Source of the DNA: Magallana gigas
Taxonomy: Eukaryota
Reading direction: 5' to 3'
Assembly: GCF_963853765.1 (NCBI RefSeq)
Contig: NC_088855.1
Span: forward strand, 59,210,001 to 59,274,000
Length of the DNA stretch: 64,000 nucleotides
The notes under the pieces were generated by a model. The model was not told where the DNA came from, did not search any database, and worked only from the letters and a program-made list of their open reading frames with translations. This document shows, in pieces, positions 32,761 to 45,773 of the stretch (position 1 is its first letter; each line of letters begins with the position of its first letter). The translations under genes and the position numbers were made by a program.

Positions 32761-33761
32761 TTTATATAATTTTAAACCACCTTACGATTAAATATTTAAA
32801 TATAAATAAGCAAACCCGCTGGCGCCTCAATTTGGCTTTATGAGTTATACAGTACAAAATCGATACGTAGTGTTATCACATGCAGGCAAAGACATAGGAA
32901 AAAGTAAATATATAGAGATAATTTAAGAATGTCAGAATAAAGTTATTTAAACTCTTGTTAATGTAATATTTTGCATGCCTGCTTATATTTTTTCAACATT
33001 ACTGTGAGAAGTCCCCGTAATAAACTTGAAATTTTTTTCTTCTGAACAAGAGATTTTAAAACAATGTACTTAGAATGCATCAATGTAAAAAGTAGATTTT
33101 CCACCCTTTTTATGAAATAAACGGGTATGCTGATTTCAAAGATACATGTACTGGTTGTTAAAAGCAAACAAAATCATTTCAGAAAGTTTGCTGATTTCAA
33201 AGATACATGTACTGGTTGTTAAAAGCAAACAAAATCATTTTAGAAAGTTTGAATCGGCGATAAAACAGTAGGTTACCGAAAATATGTACGTAAAAATTTG
33301 TACCTTTTTACTAGACTTAGCGTTTATTTAGATACTATAGAAACATAGGATGATTATAATTACAACTCTGACGGGTTTGAAGAGCCAGATTTATTCATGT
33401 ATCTCAAGAATGATATTTTAAACACGCTGGACAGTAGATATCAAATTGAGATATGTTAACACTCGAATACAGAAAACATGTATTTTTTGCAAAAAAAAGT
33501 ACGGTTCCCATAACTCCTTACAACTTTTGGAGTAGCTACGTCATCTCTTGGGATATAATTGGGGTTGTCCTATAGATGTGCAATACGGTTTTAAAAATTA
33601 AAATTTTATCCAGGGAGTCAAATAGTAGCAGAAAATTGACGTTAATCACTAAAACAAACCCCATAGATCCCAGAACTCCGCTTATGATTCAATGGCCAGC
33701 CCACCCCCACACACATACATTCTTTGGCGCAGCAAAGATTTTTCTAATAAATTTACACATA

Positions 33762-35961
33762 AAACAAGAGGCCCAGGGGCCACATTGCTCACCTGAGCAA
33801 CAATTGCCTTAACTCTGATCAAATTAGTTGTACAGTATCAAAATATCTTGACAACTAAGTACAGCAGATCTTGCTAAAAAAATTCAAAATCTGCCAATTT
33901 TTATCCATATCTGTTTTTGGGGTAAATACCAACGCTCTTTGTTGTTGTACCTGTAAGAAGATTTTTCTCTATTCCTATATACCCCCCACTCATTTCGTGG
34001 CCCCACTTTTCTCTAGGGAATCATGGTTTCATCAAACTTAAATCTGCATAACCAGTGCTTTCAAACTAAGTACTGAGTTTTGGACCGAAAACTTTTCCAG
34101 AATATTTTTAAAGATTTTCTCTATATATTCCTATGTAAAAATTCAAACTGCCATCGCGGCCCCGCCCTAACGCCAGGGACTGTGATTTTGCAAACTTGAA
34201 TTTACACTACCCGAGCCGGATGCCTCTACACAAGTTTAAGCTTTTCTGGCCAAATAGTCTTTAAAACGAAGATTTTTAAAGATTTTCTTTATATATTTCT
34301 CTGTAAAAATTCACACCCATTGTGGCCTCACCCTACCCCTGGACTATTATTTAAACAAACTTAAATCTATACGATCTGGGGATGCTTCCACTCAAATTTG
34401 GGCTTTCCTGGCCTAATAGTTTTTAAAAACAAGATTTTTAAAGATTTTCTCTATATATGAATTTATCCCCCATTGTGGCCCTGCCCTAACCCCGGGGACC
34501 ATGATTGTAACAAACTTGAATCTACATTATCTGAGGATAGTTACACGCCAATTTGAGCTTTCTTGGCCTAATAGTTTTTTAATGAAATTTTTAAAAAAGA
34601 TTTTCTCTATATATTCCTGTATACAAATTTATCCCCCAATTGTGGCCCCACCCTACCCCCGGGGACCATGATTGTAACAAACTTGAATCTACACTATCTG
34701 AGGATGCTTCCACTCAAATTTGAGCTTTCTTGGCCTTATAGTTTTTTTTGAGAAGATTTTTAAAAATTTCTCTATATATTCCTATGTAAAAATCTATCCC
34801 CCCATTGTGGCCCCACCATACCCCTAGGGACCATGATTTGAATAAACTTGAATCTACACTACCTGAGGATGTTTCCTCTCAAATTGGAGCTTTTCTGGCC
34901 TAATAGTGTTTTGGAAAAAGATTTTGAAAGATTTCCTCTATATATTCCTTTGTAAAACTTGATCCCCCTCTTGTGGCCCCACTCTACCCCCGGGGACCAT
35001 GATTGTAACAAACTTGAATCTTCACTATCTGAGGATGCTTCCATGCCAATTTGAGCATTTCTGGCCTGATAGTTTTTGAGAAGAAGATTTTTAAAGATTT
35101 CCTCTGTATATTCCTATGTAAAACATCATCCCCTAATTGTGGCCCCACCCTACCCCCGGGGACCATGATTTGAACAAACTTGATTCTACAATATTTGAGG
35201 ATGCTTCCATTTTAATTGGAGCTTTTCTGGCCTAATAGTTTTTGAGAAGAAGATTTTTAAAGATTTCCTCTATATTTTACTATGTAAAACTTGATCCCCC
35301 TCTTGTGGCCCCACCCTACCCCCGGGGACAAGATTTGAACAAACTTGAATCTACACAACTTGATGATGCTTCCACGCCAATTTGAGCATTTCTGGCCTGA
35401 TAGTTTTTGAGAAGAAGATTTTTAATGATTTTCTCTATATATTCCTATGTTAAACTTGATTCCCTTATTGTGGCCCCACCCTACCCCCGGGGACCATGAT
35501 TTGAACAAACTTGAATCTACACTACTTGAGGATGCTTCCACGCCAATTTGAGCATTTCTGGCCTGATAGTTTTTGAGAAGAAGATTTTTTAAGATTTGCT
35601 CTATATTTTACTATGTAAAACTTCATCCCCCTGTTGTGTCCCCTCCCTACCCCCGGGAACCATGATTTGAACAAACTTGAATCTACACTTCTTGAGGATG
35701 CTTCCATTTTAATTTGAGCTTTTCTGGCCTAATAGTTTTTTGGAAAAAGATTTTTCTTTATATATTCCTATGAAAAACTTGATCCTCAATTGTGGCCCCC
35801 TTCTACCCCCGGGGACCATGATTTGAACAAACTTGAATTTACACTACCTGAGGATGCCTCCAGACAAGTTTTAGCTTTTCTGGCCGAATAGTTTTTGAAA
35901 AAAAGATTTTTGAAAAATACCAATAAATTTTCAATAATTTTCAATTATCACCCCTTTAAAG

Positions 35962-36003
<42 letters not shown>

Positions 36004-36132
36004 GTAGTGCTTTGTGCCAAATTTGGTTGAAATCTGCCCAGTGGTTCTGGAGAAGAAGAAAATGTGAAAAGTTTACAACGACAACGCCGCCGACGCCAAC
36101 GCCAACGCCGACGACAGACAACGGACGAATTT

Positions 36133-36176
<44 letters not shown>
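33762..36176 (+). mobile_element. Complete HINE (non-autonomous Helentron) carrying about 11 Cg170-type ~166-bp monomers
   Basis: Starts AAACAAGAGGCCCAGGGGCC with subTIR GCTCACCTGAG (33787); tandem array about 34080-35960; ACGCCG/ACGACA microsatellite; 3' hairpin GAGCT-TTC-AGCTC and subTIR CTCAGGTGAGC followed by an A run. Confidence 0.88.
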
Positions 36177-36180
<4 letters not shown>

Positions 36181-36489
36181 TGAACATGGGACCATGTAAA
36201 GAATTTAATTGAGAATAAGGAAATAAACAGTGAAACTGAAGGTATTGGTCAACTCCCACCCCTCCCCACAGATAAGAATTGATGGGAAGTAGCTTTAGCC
36301 TCTCTTTTATTTGCTTGCCAAAATGTTTTGGTTGACCCTGCTCCCCCCAATACTTAAAAAACGATTGGTTAACGCGACATGTGCATATAGTGAACTACAA
36401 CAATTTTTGTTTATAAAAGTGTAAGTTCCCCCCTTATGAAGTTGACTACCCGTGTTACGTTCCTGCAAGGGTCCAAACATAGTGTAGGG

Positions 36490-37866
36490 CCACAATGGTG
36501 GAATGGATTTTTACATAAGAATATAAAGAGAAAATCTTTAAAAATCTTCTTCTCAAAAACTATAAGGCCAGGAAAGCTCAAATTAAAATGGAAGCATCTT
36601 CAGGTAATGTAGATTCAAATTTGTTCAAATCATAGTCTCTGTTGGTATGGCGGGGCCACAATGGGGGAATGGATTTTTACATAGGAATACATAGAGAAAA
36701 TCTTTAAAAATCTTCTTCTCAAAAACTATAAGGCCAGGAAAGCTCAAATTAAAATGGAAGCATCTTCAGGTAATGTAGATTCAAGTTTGTTCAAATCATG
36801 CATGGTCTCTGTGGGTAGGGTGGGGCCACAAGAGGGGGGATGTTTTACATTGGAATATATAGAGAAAATCTTTAAAAATCTTCTTATCAAATACTGTTAG
36901 GCCAGAAAAGCTCAAATTAAAGTGTAAGCATCCTCAGGTAGTGTAGATTCAAGTTTGTTCAAATCATGGTCCCCCGGGGTTAGTGGGGCCACAATTGGAG
37001 GATGATGTTTTACATAGGAATATATAGAGAAAATCTTTAAAAATATTATTCTCAAAAACTTTTTGGCCAGGAAAGCTCAAATTTGAGTGGAAGCATTCTC
37101 AGATAGTGTAGATTCAAGTTTGTTCAAATCATGGTCCCCAGGGGTAGGGTGGGGCCACAATTGGGGGATCAAGTTTTACATAGGAATATATTGACAAAAT
37201 CTTTAAAGATCTTCTTCTCAAAAACTGTTAGGCCAGAAAAGCTCAAATTTGAGTGGAAGCATTCTCAGATAGTGTAGATTCAAGTTTGTTCAAATCATGG
37301 TCCCTGGGGATAGAGCGGGGACACAATGGGGGATAAATTTTTATATAAAGAGAAATTTTTAAAAAAATCTTCTTCTCAAAAATATTAAGCCAGGAAAGCC
37401 CAAATTTGAGTGGAAGCATCCCCAGATCGTATAGATTCAAGTTTGGTTAAATAATAGTCCATGGGGGTAGTCTTTTTAAAGACTATTTGGCCAGAAAAGC
37501 TTAAACTTATGTAGAGACATCCTCGGGTAGTGTAAATTCAAGTTTGCAAAATCACTGTGATGGCGGTTTGAATTTTTACATAGGAATTTACAGAGAAAAT
37601 CTTTAAAAATATTCTGAGAAAGTTTTCGGCCCAAAACTCAGTACTTAGTGTGAAAGCATAGGTTATGCAGATTTAAGTTTGATGAAACCATGATTCCCTA
37701 GTGAAAAGTGGGGCCACGAAATGAGTGGGGGGGGGGGGGGGTACATAGGAATAGAGAAATATCTTCTTACAGGTACAACAACAAAAGGGGCTTGGTATTT
37801 ACCAAAAAAAAAAAAAAAAGAAGTGGATAAAAATTGGCATATTTTCAGTTTTTTTAAGCAATATAC
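36490..37866 (-). mobile_element. Second HINE copy in inverted orientation, truncated at both ends, about 7 monomers
   Basis: The reverse complement matches 33870 onward (left segment plus monomers); no 3' palindrome seen. Confidence 0.85.
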
Positions 37867-38684
37867 CATTGACCTACTTTTTTGAAAGTGAAAAATAGCA
37901 TTACCATGATAGGTCTTTAACCCACAATAGATGGTTTTTCATTATCATCAGTGAATTTTTTTTTATTCTGAGTAAACGTATACCTTGAAAAATGATGTAC
38001 AAAATTTGATTAAAAACAAACGACAAAAAAGGGTATCGCGTTATTTCGCCTTATGTTAAAATTCGCCCTTGACGGTGAGACGGCGTTGATTGATTTACAA
38101 CTTTGATATCGCTATAAAAAACCTCATAATGTTTTGGCAAATCAAAAATTCGAATTTATCAAGCTAATATTGAATTATTATTTTTTTAAATACTAAAAAT
38201 TAAAGTGTATGATTTGGATTTAATTTTCTGCAAATTAATAAAATTTCTTTTCGTTTTCAGAAGAAATATCTAGTACTAGTATCAGGAGTAGAGATATTGC
38301 GTGATTATTTCTGTGTGCTTCGGTCAAGGGTATTTAAGTTCTATCTCGGGGTTTTTAAAGTCATTCGTACTCAGCTAAAAATAACAAGCATGACTAGTTA
38401 GAATTTTGAATGGGGTGTTGCTTGTTTGAAAATGTTTTATAATTATAGTTGTTTGGGTTTTTTTTTGTAGTTTATATGGATGTCTAGCATATATAATTAA
38501 AAGTTCTTGAAGGTAGATTTAATATTGAAATATTTTGTATATTATAAGTAGTTTTACAATATCACACTTTTTATATCAAACTAATTTTAAATAATAATTT
38601 AGAAGAAAAGTTACCAAGCAATTGTATACGTTCAACAGAAGAAGGATCACATGAACAGGGATAATTAATAATTAGGTTAATTAA

Positions 38685-38760
38685 AGCTGAGTACACAACT
38701 CATGCGAGCTGAGTACACAACTCATGCGAGCTGAGTACACAACTCAGTACACAACTCATA
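38685..38760. repeat. 22-bp tandem repeat GCTGAGTACACAACTCATGCGA (about 3.5 copies)
   Basis: Direct reading. Confidence 0.8.
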
Positions 38761-38884
38761 TCTAATAATAAACGATCGATTATAGGCATTGTCTTTGTGT
38801 TTTATTATGGATGAGAAAAGAAATATTTTATTTGAAAGAAAGGAAGTAGAAAATAAGTACGTGTACACATGTACAATCATCATT

Positions 38885-39690
38885 AATATTATTCCTCCAA
38901 CAGTCTCAGAGTACATGTAGTACTACGTTTTTAACACCCTTTACAATCTGTATTTTCTTATTCACACAAACTCGCATGCTATTTCTAAAATACAATATTT
39001 ACCTTCTCCTTCAAAATATTTGTACGTTTTAATTTGTTTGTTTTTTACGGGTGTTTTTTTTTGTTGTTTTTTTTTTTGTTTTTTTAGAAAATTTCATTAA
39101 TTTATTTATTCATTTATTTATTTTTTGCACTTGAGTTTATTAGATTCTTTAGGATTCGTTTTGTCTCAATGTATTATCAATATATTATATTTGTCCCCAG
39201 TATTACTCTAAGTGGGAAATATTTCTTTAGCTCCGACCGATTGTTCGTCTATATGTCATTCTGTATGTGCATATTATTAAAAATTTAAAAATTAAAAATC
39301 GATGTAAATTTTACATCGAACTTTAAAATGAAAAAAAAAATCCTGACACTACTTAATTTTTATTTCTAGAATAATAAAGAATACAACCCTTACCCCTTCT
39401 TTTGCAGGAGATAAATTTGCAAAAGATCATACTTGAAAAAAACATCGTTCTATTTCAGGAAGAAGTTATTTTTGAAACAGTTTTATAGTAACTTTTCACA
39501 ACATCTGTATCTATTATAAAAAATTGACATGATTACAAATAGATCATATTCGATAAAAATATTCTGATTCTGACTTAATTTATGTTCAACAATTTTATTG
39601 CAACTTTCCAACACATTTGTATATATCATAAAAGATGACGTGTTTTAAAAGAGACCATTAAATAAACGTATAAGAGTTTCTAATTTTCTG

Positions 39691-39743
<53 letters not shown>

Positions 39744-40006
39744 GAAACCGAGATTATTTCCCCTACTTCATTGTTGTTATCTGAGAATTAAATCACTCTC
39801 ATTTTAAAACAAATGGACTATAAGTAATTAACCTGTAATTCCCATGCAAAAAACAGTAGTTCGAAAACATCGAAAACATGTAATTAGTATTTTAAAAATA
39901 ACGTTCATGGGCAACAAAAATCAAATAAAGGAGGCAGAAATCTGAATACAAGAGAAAAAAGATATAATACATACAGGCACATACAAAAAATAATATAACA
40001 GATCTA
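38885..40006 (+). repeat. Diverged local segmental duplication, copy A (copy B at about 42967-44190)
   Basis: Colinear similarity from ATTCCTCCAACAGTCTCAGAG through a shared (GA)n tract (39693-39740 vs 43715-43756) to CATACAAAAAA...AGATCTA. Confidence 0.85.
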
Positions 40007-40904
40007 TTAGACTTACTTGCTTTAAGCCTTTCTCACTCCCCTGTAGAGCATAAGCCACAAGCAATTCTTCTCCACTTCCCTCTGTCTTTGCTAGTTGATG
40101 GATGGTGTTTAAGCTGTGTCCTTTCTCGGCCATTTCTTTTTCAAGGACTCTTCTCCAGGTTAGCCTTGGTTTTCCCCTTTTCCTCTTCCCTTGTGGTGTA
40201 CATTGGAGAGCATGACAGGTGATGCCAGATCTTCCTTTCATTAATGTATGACCAATCCATTTCCATTTTCTTTCTTTCATTTCTTGTTGAATAGGGATTT
40301 GGTTCTTCTCCAAATGTCTTCATTTGTTATTTTGTTTGGCCACCATAACTGAAGGATGTTTCTCAGACATCTGTTTATGAAGGATTGGAGTTTTTCCTGT
40401 TGGCCATTGTGAGGCTTCATGTTCCCGATAGTAGCACTGATTTTACGTTGCTATTAAATATCCTGAGTTTGGTCTTGATTGTTATGTACTTGGACTTCCA
40501 TACTTTTCTTAGCATACCGCATGCAGTATATGCCTTTGCTAAGCGTTATTTTCATCGTCCTCTGTGCCTCCACTATGGTCAACAACACTTCCTAGATATA
40601 TGAATGATGTAACATTTTTAAGTTGAGTGTTATCAATTTCATGGTGATGTTGTTTGTGTTTATTCTCATTAGTTTTGTTTTTTCCTTGTTAATTCGGAGC
40701 CCAGTGTTTGATGAATTTTCGACTTAGATTGATGTTTTTTCTTGAATTTGGTCGTACATATGGGATAAAAGAGTCATCAGCAAAATCTAGGTCTTCAAGT
40801 TCGTTCATAAGGTTCCACTGGATTCCATTTCTTTTCCCTGCTGTTGTTTCTCTCATAATCCAGTCAATGGCCATAAGAAACAAAAAGGGGGAGAGCAAGC
40901 AACC
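40007..40904 (-). mobile_element. 5'-truncated, decayed RTE-clade LINE fragment
   Basis: Minus-strand GCLLSPFLFLMAIDWIMRETT...GIQWNLMNELEDLDFADD and RKWKWIGHTL...PQGKRKRGKPRLTWRR in different frames; short AAGT-repeat tail. Confidence 0.88.
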
Positions 40905-41049
40905 TACATTCTACCATGGTTTGTTTCAATCCCAAACCATAGCATGATTTAAACAACACCCCAAAACAGTTCAACTATGTATGGAATATCTGTTTTAACC
41001 TCTGATTTAGCTATTAATTGGTTCCTTTGATGTCCTAGTATTTTAACTT

Positions 41050-41400
41050 AACATCATGAAAGTACAACAGTATGTAATTGTGAATATATATCACATATAT
41101 TCGCATATAATACACAGACAAATATCCACAAACTGAGGGTTTTACATGAATCTGATTTGGAAAATGTGTAAATTATCAACATGTACTGGATTCAGTTTTA
41201 TAAATTAACCTTTTCTTGTCTCATTGTAAAGTCACTATTTTGATTACAGAATCTTCATTAAAACATTGTTTATTCGATCTGAATTATATAATGTTCAATA
41301 AATATACATTGTAAGCATGAAGTGAGTTCTTGACTAGATCAGCGCTTAGCAGTCAAGAATTGATAGAAATTGATACCTGAAACTTTTGAATGAATATCCA
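41050..41400 (+). pseudogene. Orphan diverged copy of the TRIM-like gene's distal 3' UTR and polyA region
   Basis: Colinear with 31245-31580 (GTAATTGTGAATATATATCACAT...ATAAATTAACCTTTTCTTGTC...TTCAATAAATAT...GTCAAGAATTGA); no TRIM CDS seen upstream of it. Confidence 0.6.
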
Positions 41401-41821
41401 GAAAATTTTTCTCTTCATCCAGTTTATTGTACAGGAATTCTACATGGAATTTATGCATCAAATATATATTTCTTTTTCTTCATTATTATTTTAAATTGCA
41501 ATAAGCAGTACAAACTTATGTCTGATAATACAAAGTAAAAACAATAGGACATGATTTTTGGGAGTTGATTTTAATCAACCCGCATATGCAGTTACTCTAA
41601 CAAACCGAAAGTGAAACAGTGTTTGGACCTAAGCACAAATCATCACCGCTGACAAGACTTAGATTTTAAAAATAATAGATAAATTCGGTGTACTGTATGC
41701 TATACCATTGTTTTTAAGGAAACGTATCTATAAATACCTTGAAAATAGTCAGATTTTATATAGTACGAACAATTTAATTAATTTTTGGTAGTCGTATGTA
41801 TTTCTACGCCAGAGTTCAATA

Positions 41822-41935
41822 TAGTCTCGTTCAACAAGACGCTCGGCTGTATCCGTATATCTGCTACCAGCAGAGAGTCTCTCTTGGTAGTCTGAGATTA
41901 ACGGAGACAGCCGAGCGTCTGGTTGAACGAGACTA
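41822..41935. mobile_element. 114-bp palindromic MITE with TAG..CTA termini and ~10-bp TSD (AcademH-like)
   Basis: TAGTCTCGTTCAACAAGACGCTCGGCTG / CAGCCGAGCGTCTGGTTGAACGAGACTA; GAGTTCAATA at 41812-41821 and 41936-41945. Confidence 0.75.
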
Positions 41936-42966
41936 GAGTTCAATATTGCTTAGATCCAGACGTGTACAATTTTTAGTAACATTTGGATTACTGATACACA
42001 GTCTGATGGTTTTATTCTATCTTTAAATATTACACAACATGATTCATATGGGGTTTTCTCGAAATGCTTGTCGGAAAATTTCGAGAATTCATATTATAAA
42101 AATGTACGTAATTCAAATACAGATTAGAAACTACTTGCCATGCAAAATAACAGAACGTTGATTTTAAAATTGATAATAATCGATAAAATCAGTTCCCGAC
42201 AGTACTTCAGTACTTTGATTACTTTATTTTATTCAGGTAAATGTAGACGATTGAGATCTGTTTTATGATTGTCTTCATGAATCAGATTTTTTTTTTAAAT
42301 GTTAATTTTTTAATTGTAGAGGAAAGCAAAAACAATATATTTGAATCAGGATGCGCTCTAAGTTTGTAATCCCCATGGCAACAGGGTTCTTTATTACATC
42401 AAATGATGCCAGTAAAGAGAGCACACACCCAAGCATGATTAAACAAACCGAATTGTTTAAGTGTACCAGCTTCTGAGTATAACTAGGAAAGAGGACAACA
42501 CACAAGTGGCGTGTGTATTGGGGGGGGGAGGGGGGTTAAAAAGCGGTAAACATTCTTCTATATAGACCCTAGCAATTCCATGATATATATTGTTTTATCT
42601 TATAAAAAATTCTTAATTTCAAATGGTTATTTGTTTAACAAAGACAGTGGTGCATCTGCGCGGAAGTTCAGGAATTTTTTTTTTTGGACTTTGACATCTC
42701 TATAAAATGAGGTCATTATGTTTTGGCAAATCAAAAATTAACTTTTGCACATTATGTTCTCTAATATTTCTGAAGTTTGCTTTGTTTACAATCGATGCAT
42801 AACATGTGGGTTGAATATACCTAATCATTTTGGAGTGGGAGGGGGGTGTCACGGTCCATTAAACCGAAGGTTCATTAGTACAAAGACCCATTAATCTGAC
42901 GGCCCACTATTCTGAAGGTTTTTAGGTCCGAAGGCCCACTAGTTCCAAGGTTTACTAGTTCGAATG

Positions 42967-43712
42967 CATATTATTTCCTCCAAGAGTCTCAGAGTATATG
43001 TACTACTACGTTTTAAACACCCTTTCCAACCTGTATTTTCTAATTCAAACAAACTTGCACGTTACTTCTAAATACAATGCATATTTTCCCCTTTCAAATA
43101 TATGTATGATTTTATTGGTTTGTTGTTCAGTTGTGTTTAAAAAAACCATTCAGTTATTTTTTTTATTTATTGGAGTTGAGTTCGTGTAGATTCTTTAGGA
43201 TAAGCTTTGTTTCCATGTTGTATGTTGCCACCCCCCCCCCCCCCCCGTTTTTACTCTAAGTGGGGAAGATTGCTTTAGCTCTGTCCGTTTGTTCGTCTAT
43301 TTGTCATTCTGTGTGTGCATTCCTGGTTACTATAAATTTTACATCGACTTTAAAATGAAAAAAATCTTGACACCACTTAATTTCCGTTTCTAGAATAATA
43401 AAGTATACAACCCCCTACCCCTTCCTTTGCAGGAGATTAATTTGCAAAAGATCATACTAGAAAATATATCGTTCTAATCCAGGAAGATGTTATTTTGAAA
43501 CATTTTTACTGTAACTTTTCAACACATCTGTATCTATTATAAAAAAAAAAATTGACTTGCTTACAAATAGATCATATTCGAAAAAATATCATTCTAATTC
43601 CGAAATTTTATATCAACTATTTTTATTGTAACTTTCCAACACATCTGTATACATCATAAAAATACGTACTAACAAAAAGATCATACAGTAAACGTATGAG
43701 TTTCTAATTTTC

Positions 43713-43759
<47 letters not shown>

Positions 43760-44190
43760 TTTTTCGATGAATAAATCTTTGTTATCTGAGATTTACATCA
43801 CCCTCATTGTACTAATCACGTGAGTTATAAGCAATTCACTGTTATTCCTATTCGAAAAACAATAGTCTCTTTCTTTTTCTTTCTTTATTTCCTCCAAATG
43901 GAGATTATTATAACATACAAAAATACAAACATATAGACAATTGTAGGGAAAACGAGATAATGTAGGTCTACTGGGATGCAATGATCCAGTACTTATAATA
44001 CGAAATTATCAAGAAGTTTACAGGTGTATAAGGCGATACCAAAATATAAAACATCGAAAACATATTATTCGTATTTTGGAAATAACGTTCATGGGCAACA
44101 AAAATCAAATTAAGGAGGCAGAAATCTGAATACAAGTGAAAAAGGTTATAATACATACAGGTACATACAAAAAACAATATAAAAGATCTA
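42967..44190 (+). repeat. Diverged local segmental duplication, copy B
   Basis: See 38885-40006; this copy lacks the RTE insertion at its end. Confidence 0.85.
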
Positions 44191-45699
44191 AATAGAGATA
44201 ACAATTTATATTATAGTACTCTCTTTTCGTAGTATTTTGTTTTTCAAATCTCCAAGAACTTGTGAAGGTGAAAATGATTTATCAAACCTGACCCATTTGA
44301 ATTTTTAATTTAATCTTCAAAACATTTTCTACATCGCGTTTTGTGACTAATGAAGCTTCGAACAACTAGACCATCGATTTGATAAGCCTTAGGGGTCAGA
44401 AACCAAACAGTTCCCTTTTCTTTTCTAAACATTCCTATAATGCAGTGGTTGAGTTTTTTTGTATGCCTATAAAGGAATTATTTTATTTCCTTTGAATATT
44501 TCTAACTTTGAAAAGAGACCGATTCTGCTGGTGTAAGTAGGCGAAAGTCTATAATTTTGTAGAATATTTGGTTTGTGTGGTAAATTATTTGATACTGAAA
44601 TAAAGAACAAGTCGGACCATGCAGCTTAATTCGTAGCTCTATTAAAACACCCAGACGGTGGTAAAATTTGAACGTGAGGGGAGTCGTAGAACTACAGGCC
44701 TGGAATAATTTTCTACGGTCGAAAAACGACCCGACCCGTCTTAGAATATTGACCCCGGGTCAATTTTTTGCGTAGAAAGTTGACCCCCCGGTCATCATTC
44801 TAAGGGGGTCAGTTGGCTCCGCCCAAGTGGTGATGAGTGGTGTCTAACTAATAGCAAAGAACGTGATTTGTCGGATTGTCACTTTCTGGGCCAGGAACTG
44901 TAAATGGTTGTGGAGTAATTTACCAATGTTGCCTTTTTCCTAACAAAAAACCCCGAATTAGAAATCTAATTAGAACGGATTTACTTGAGGTAAGATTTTT
45001 TTTTACGAGGCATATGATTATTACTGTTATCTTAATAAACTTATACATGTACCATCTTATTTTAACAAGAGCCCAAGTATATTAACGAGTATTTTTTTTC
45101 TATTCATATGAAAAAAAATATTTTTAAAAATACAAATTAACCTTGCGCAATAGATTTACTGTATATCAACACAACCAATAACATTTGGGAGTTTTGAACT
45201 TTATGTATTGGTCATTCAGTACAAAATCTGTTTACATAGTCCACAAGAAATCAATAGAGGAAATTCTGTTGTACATATTGTCAATGGAAAGAGGTTTCTG
45301 CGAGGGCCTCGACATTCGGGACTGATGAAATATGCAAATAGATGCGGCAAATTTTTGCCAAAGTTCTCTTGATGAAATCAATATTGAAATTGACCATAAA
45401 TCATTTCACACACCACCTCTGAACACTATTACTGTAAATTATTCAAGACAACATTTAAGCTTAATGACAATGGACTGATTCGAAAAGGGATGAAACGTGT
45501 TTTTAATCCCTTCCCAGAACTATTTCAATAATGAACTTAAAAAGCGTTTAAAAATCCCAACCGTATTTTCTGATTTGACTTTTACAGACAAAGGGCGCTC
45601 CGATGCCTTTACAGTCAATGGAGCTGTTTTAAAAAAAAAATTAAAAATCATAAAATCCCTGCACCCCCTCCCCCCCTAAAAAAACAAAGCCAACGTTAA

Positions 45700-45701
<2 letters not shown>

Positions 45702-45770
<69 letters not shown>
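45702..45770. repeat. (CT)n microsatellite
   Basis: Direct reading; other (GA)n tracts at about 29051-29078, 39693-39740 and 43715-43756, and (GAT)n at about 54566-54594. Confidence 0.97.

Positions 45771-45773
<3 letters not shown>

Noticed and set aside
33128-33250. 61-bp direct duplication
   Set aside because: Simple two-copy local duplication with no sign of function; it could be an assembly artefact.
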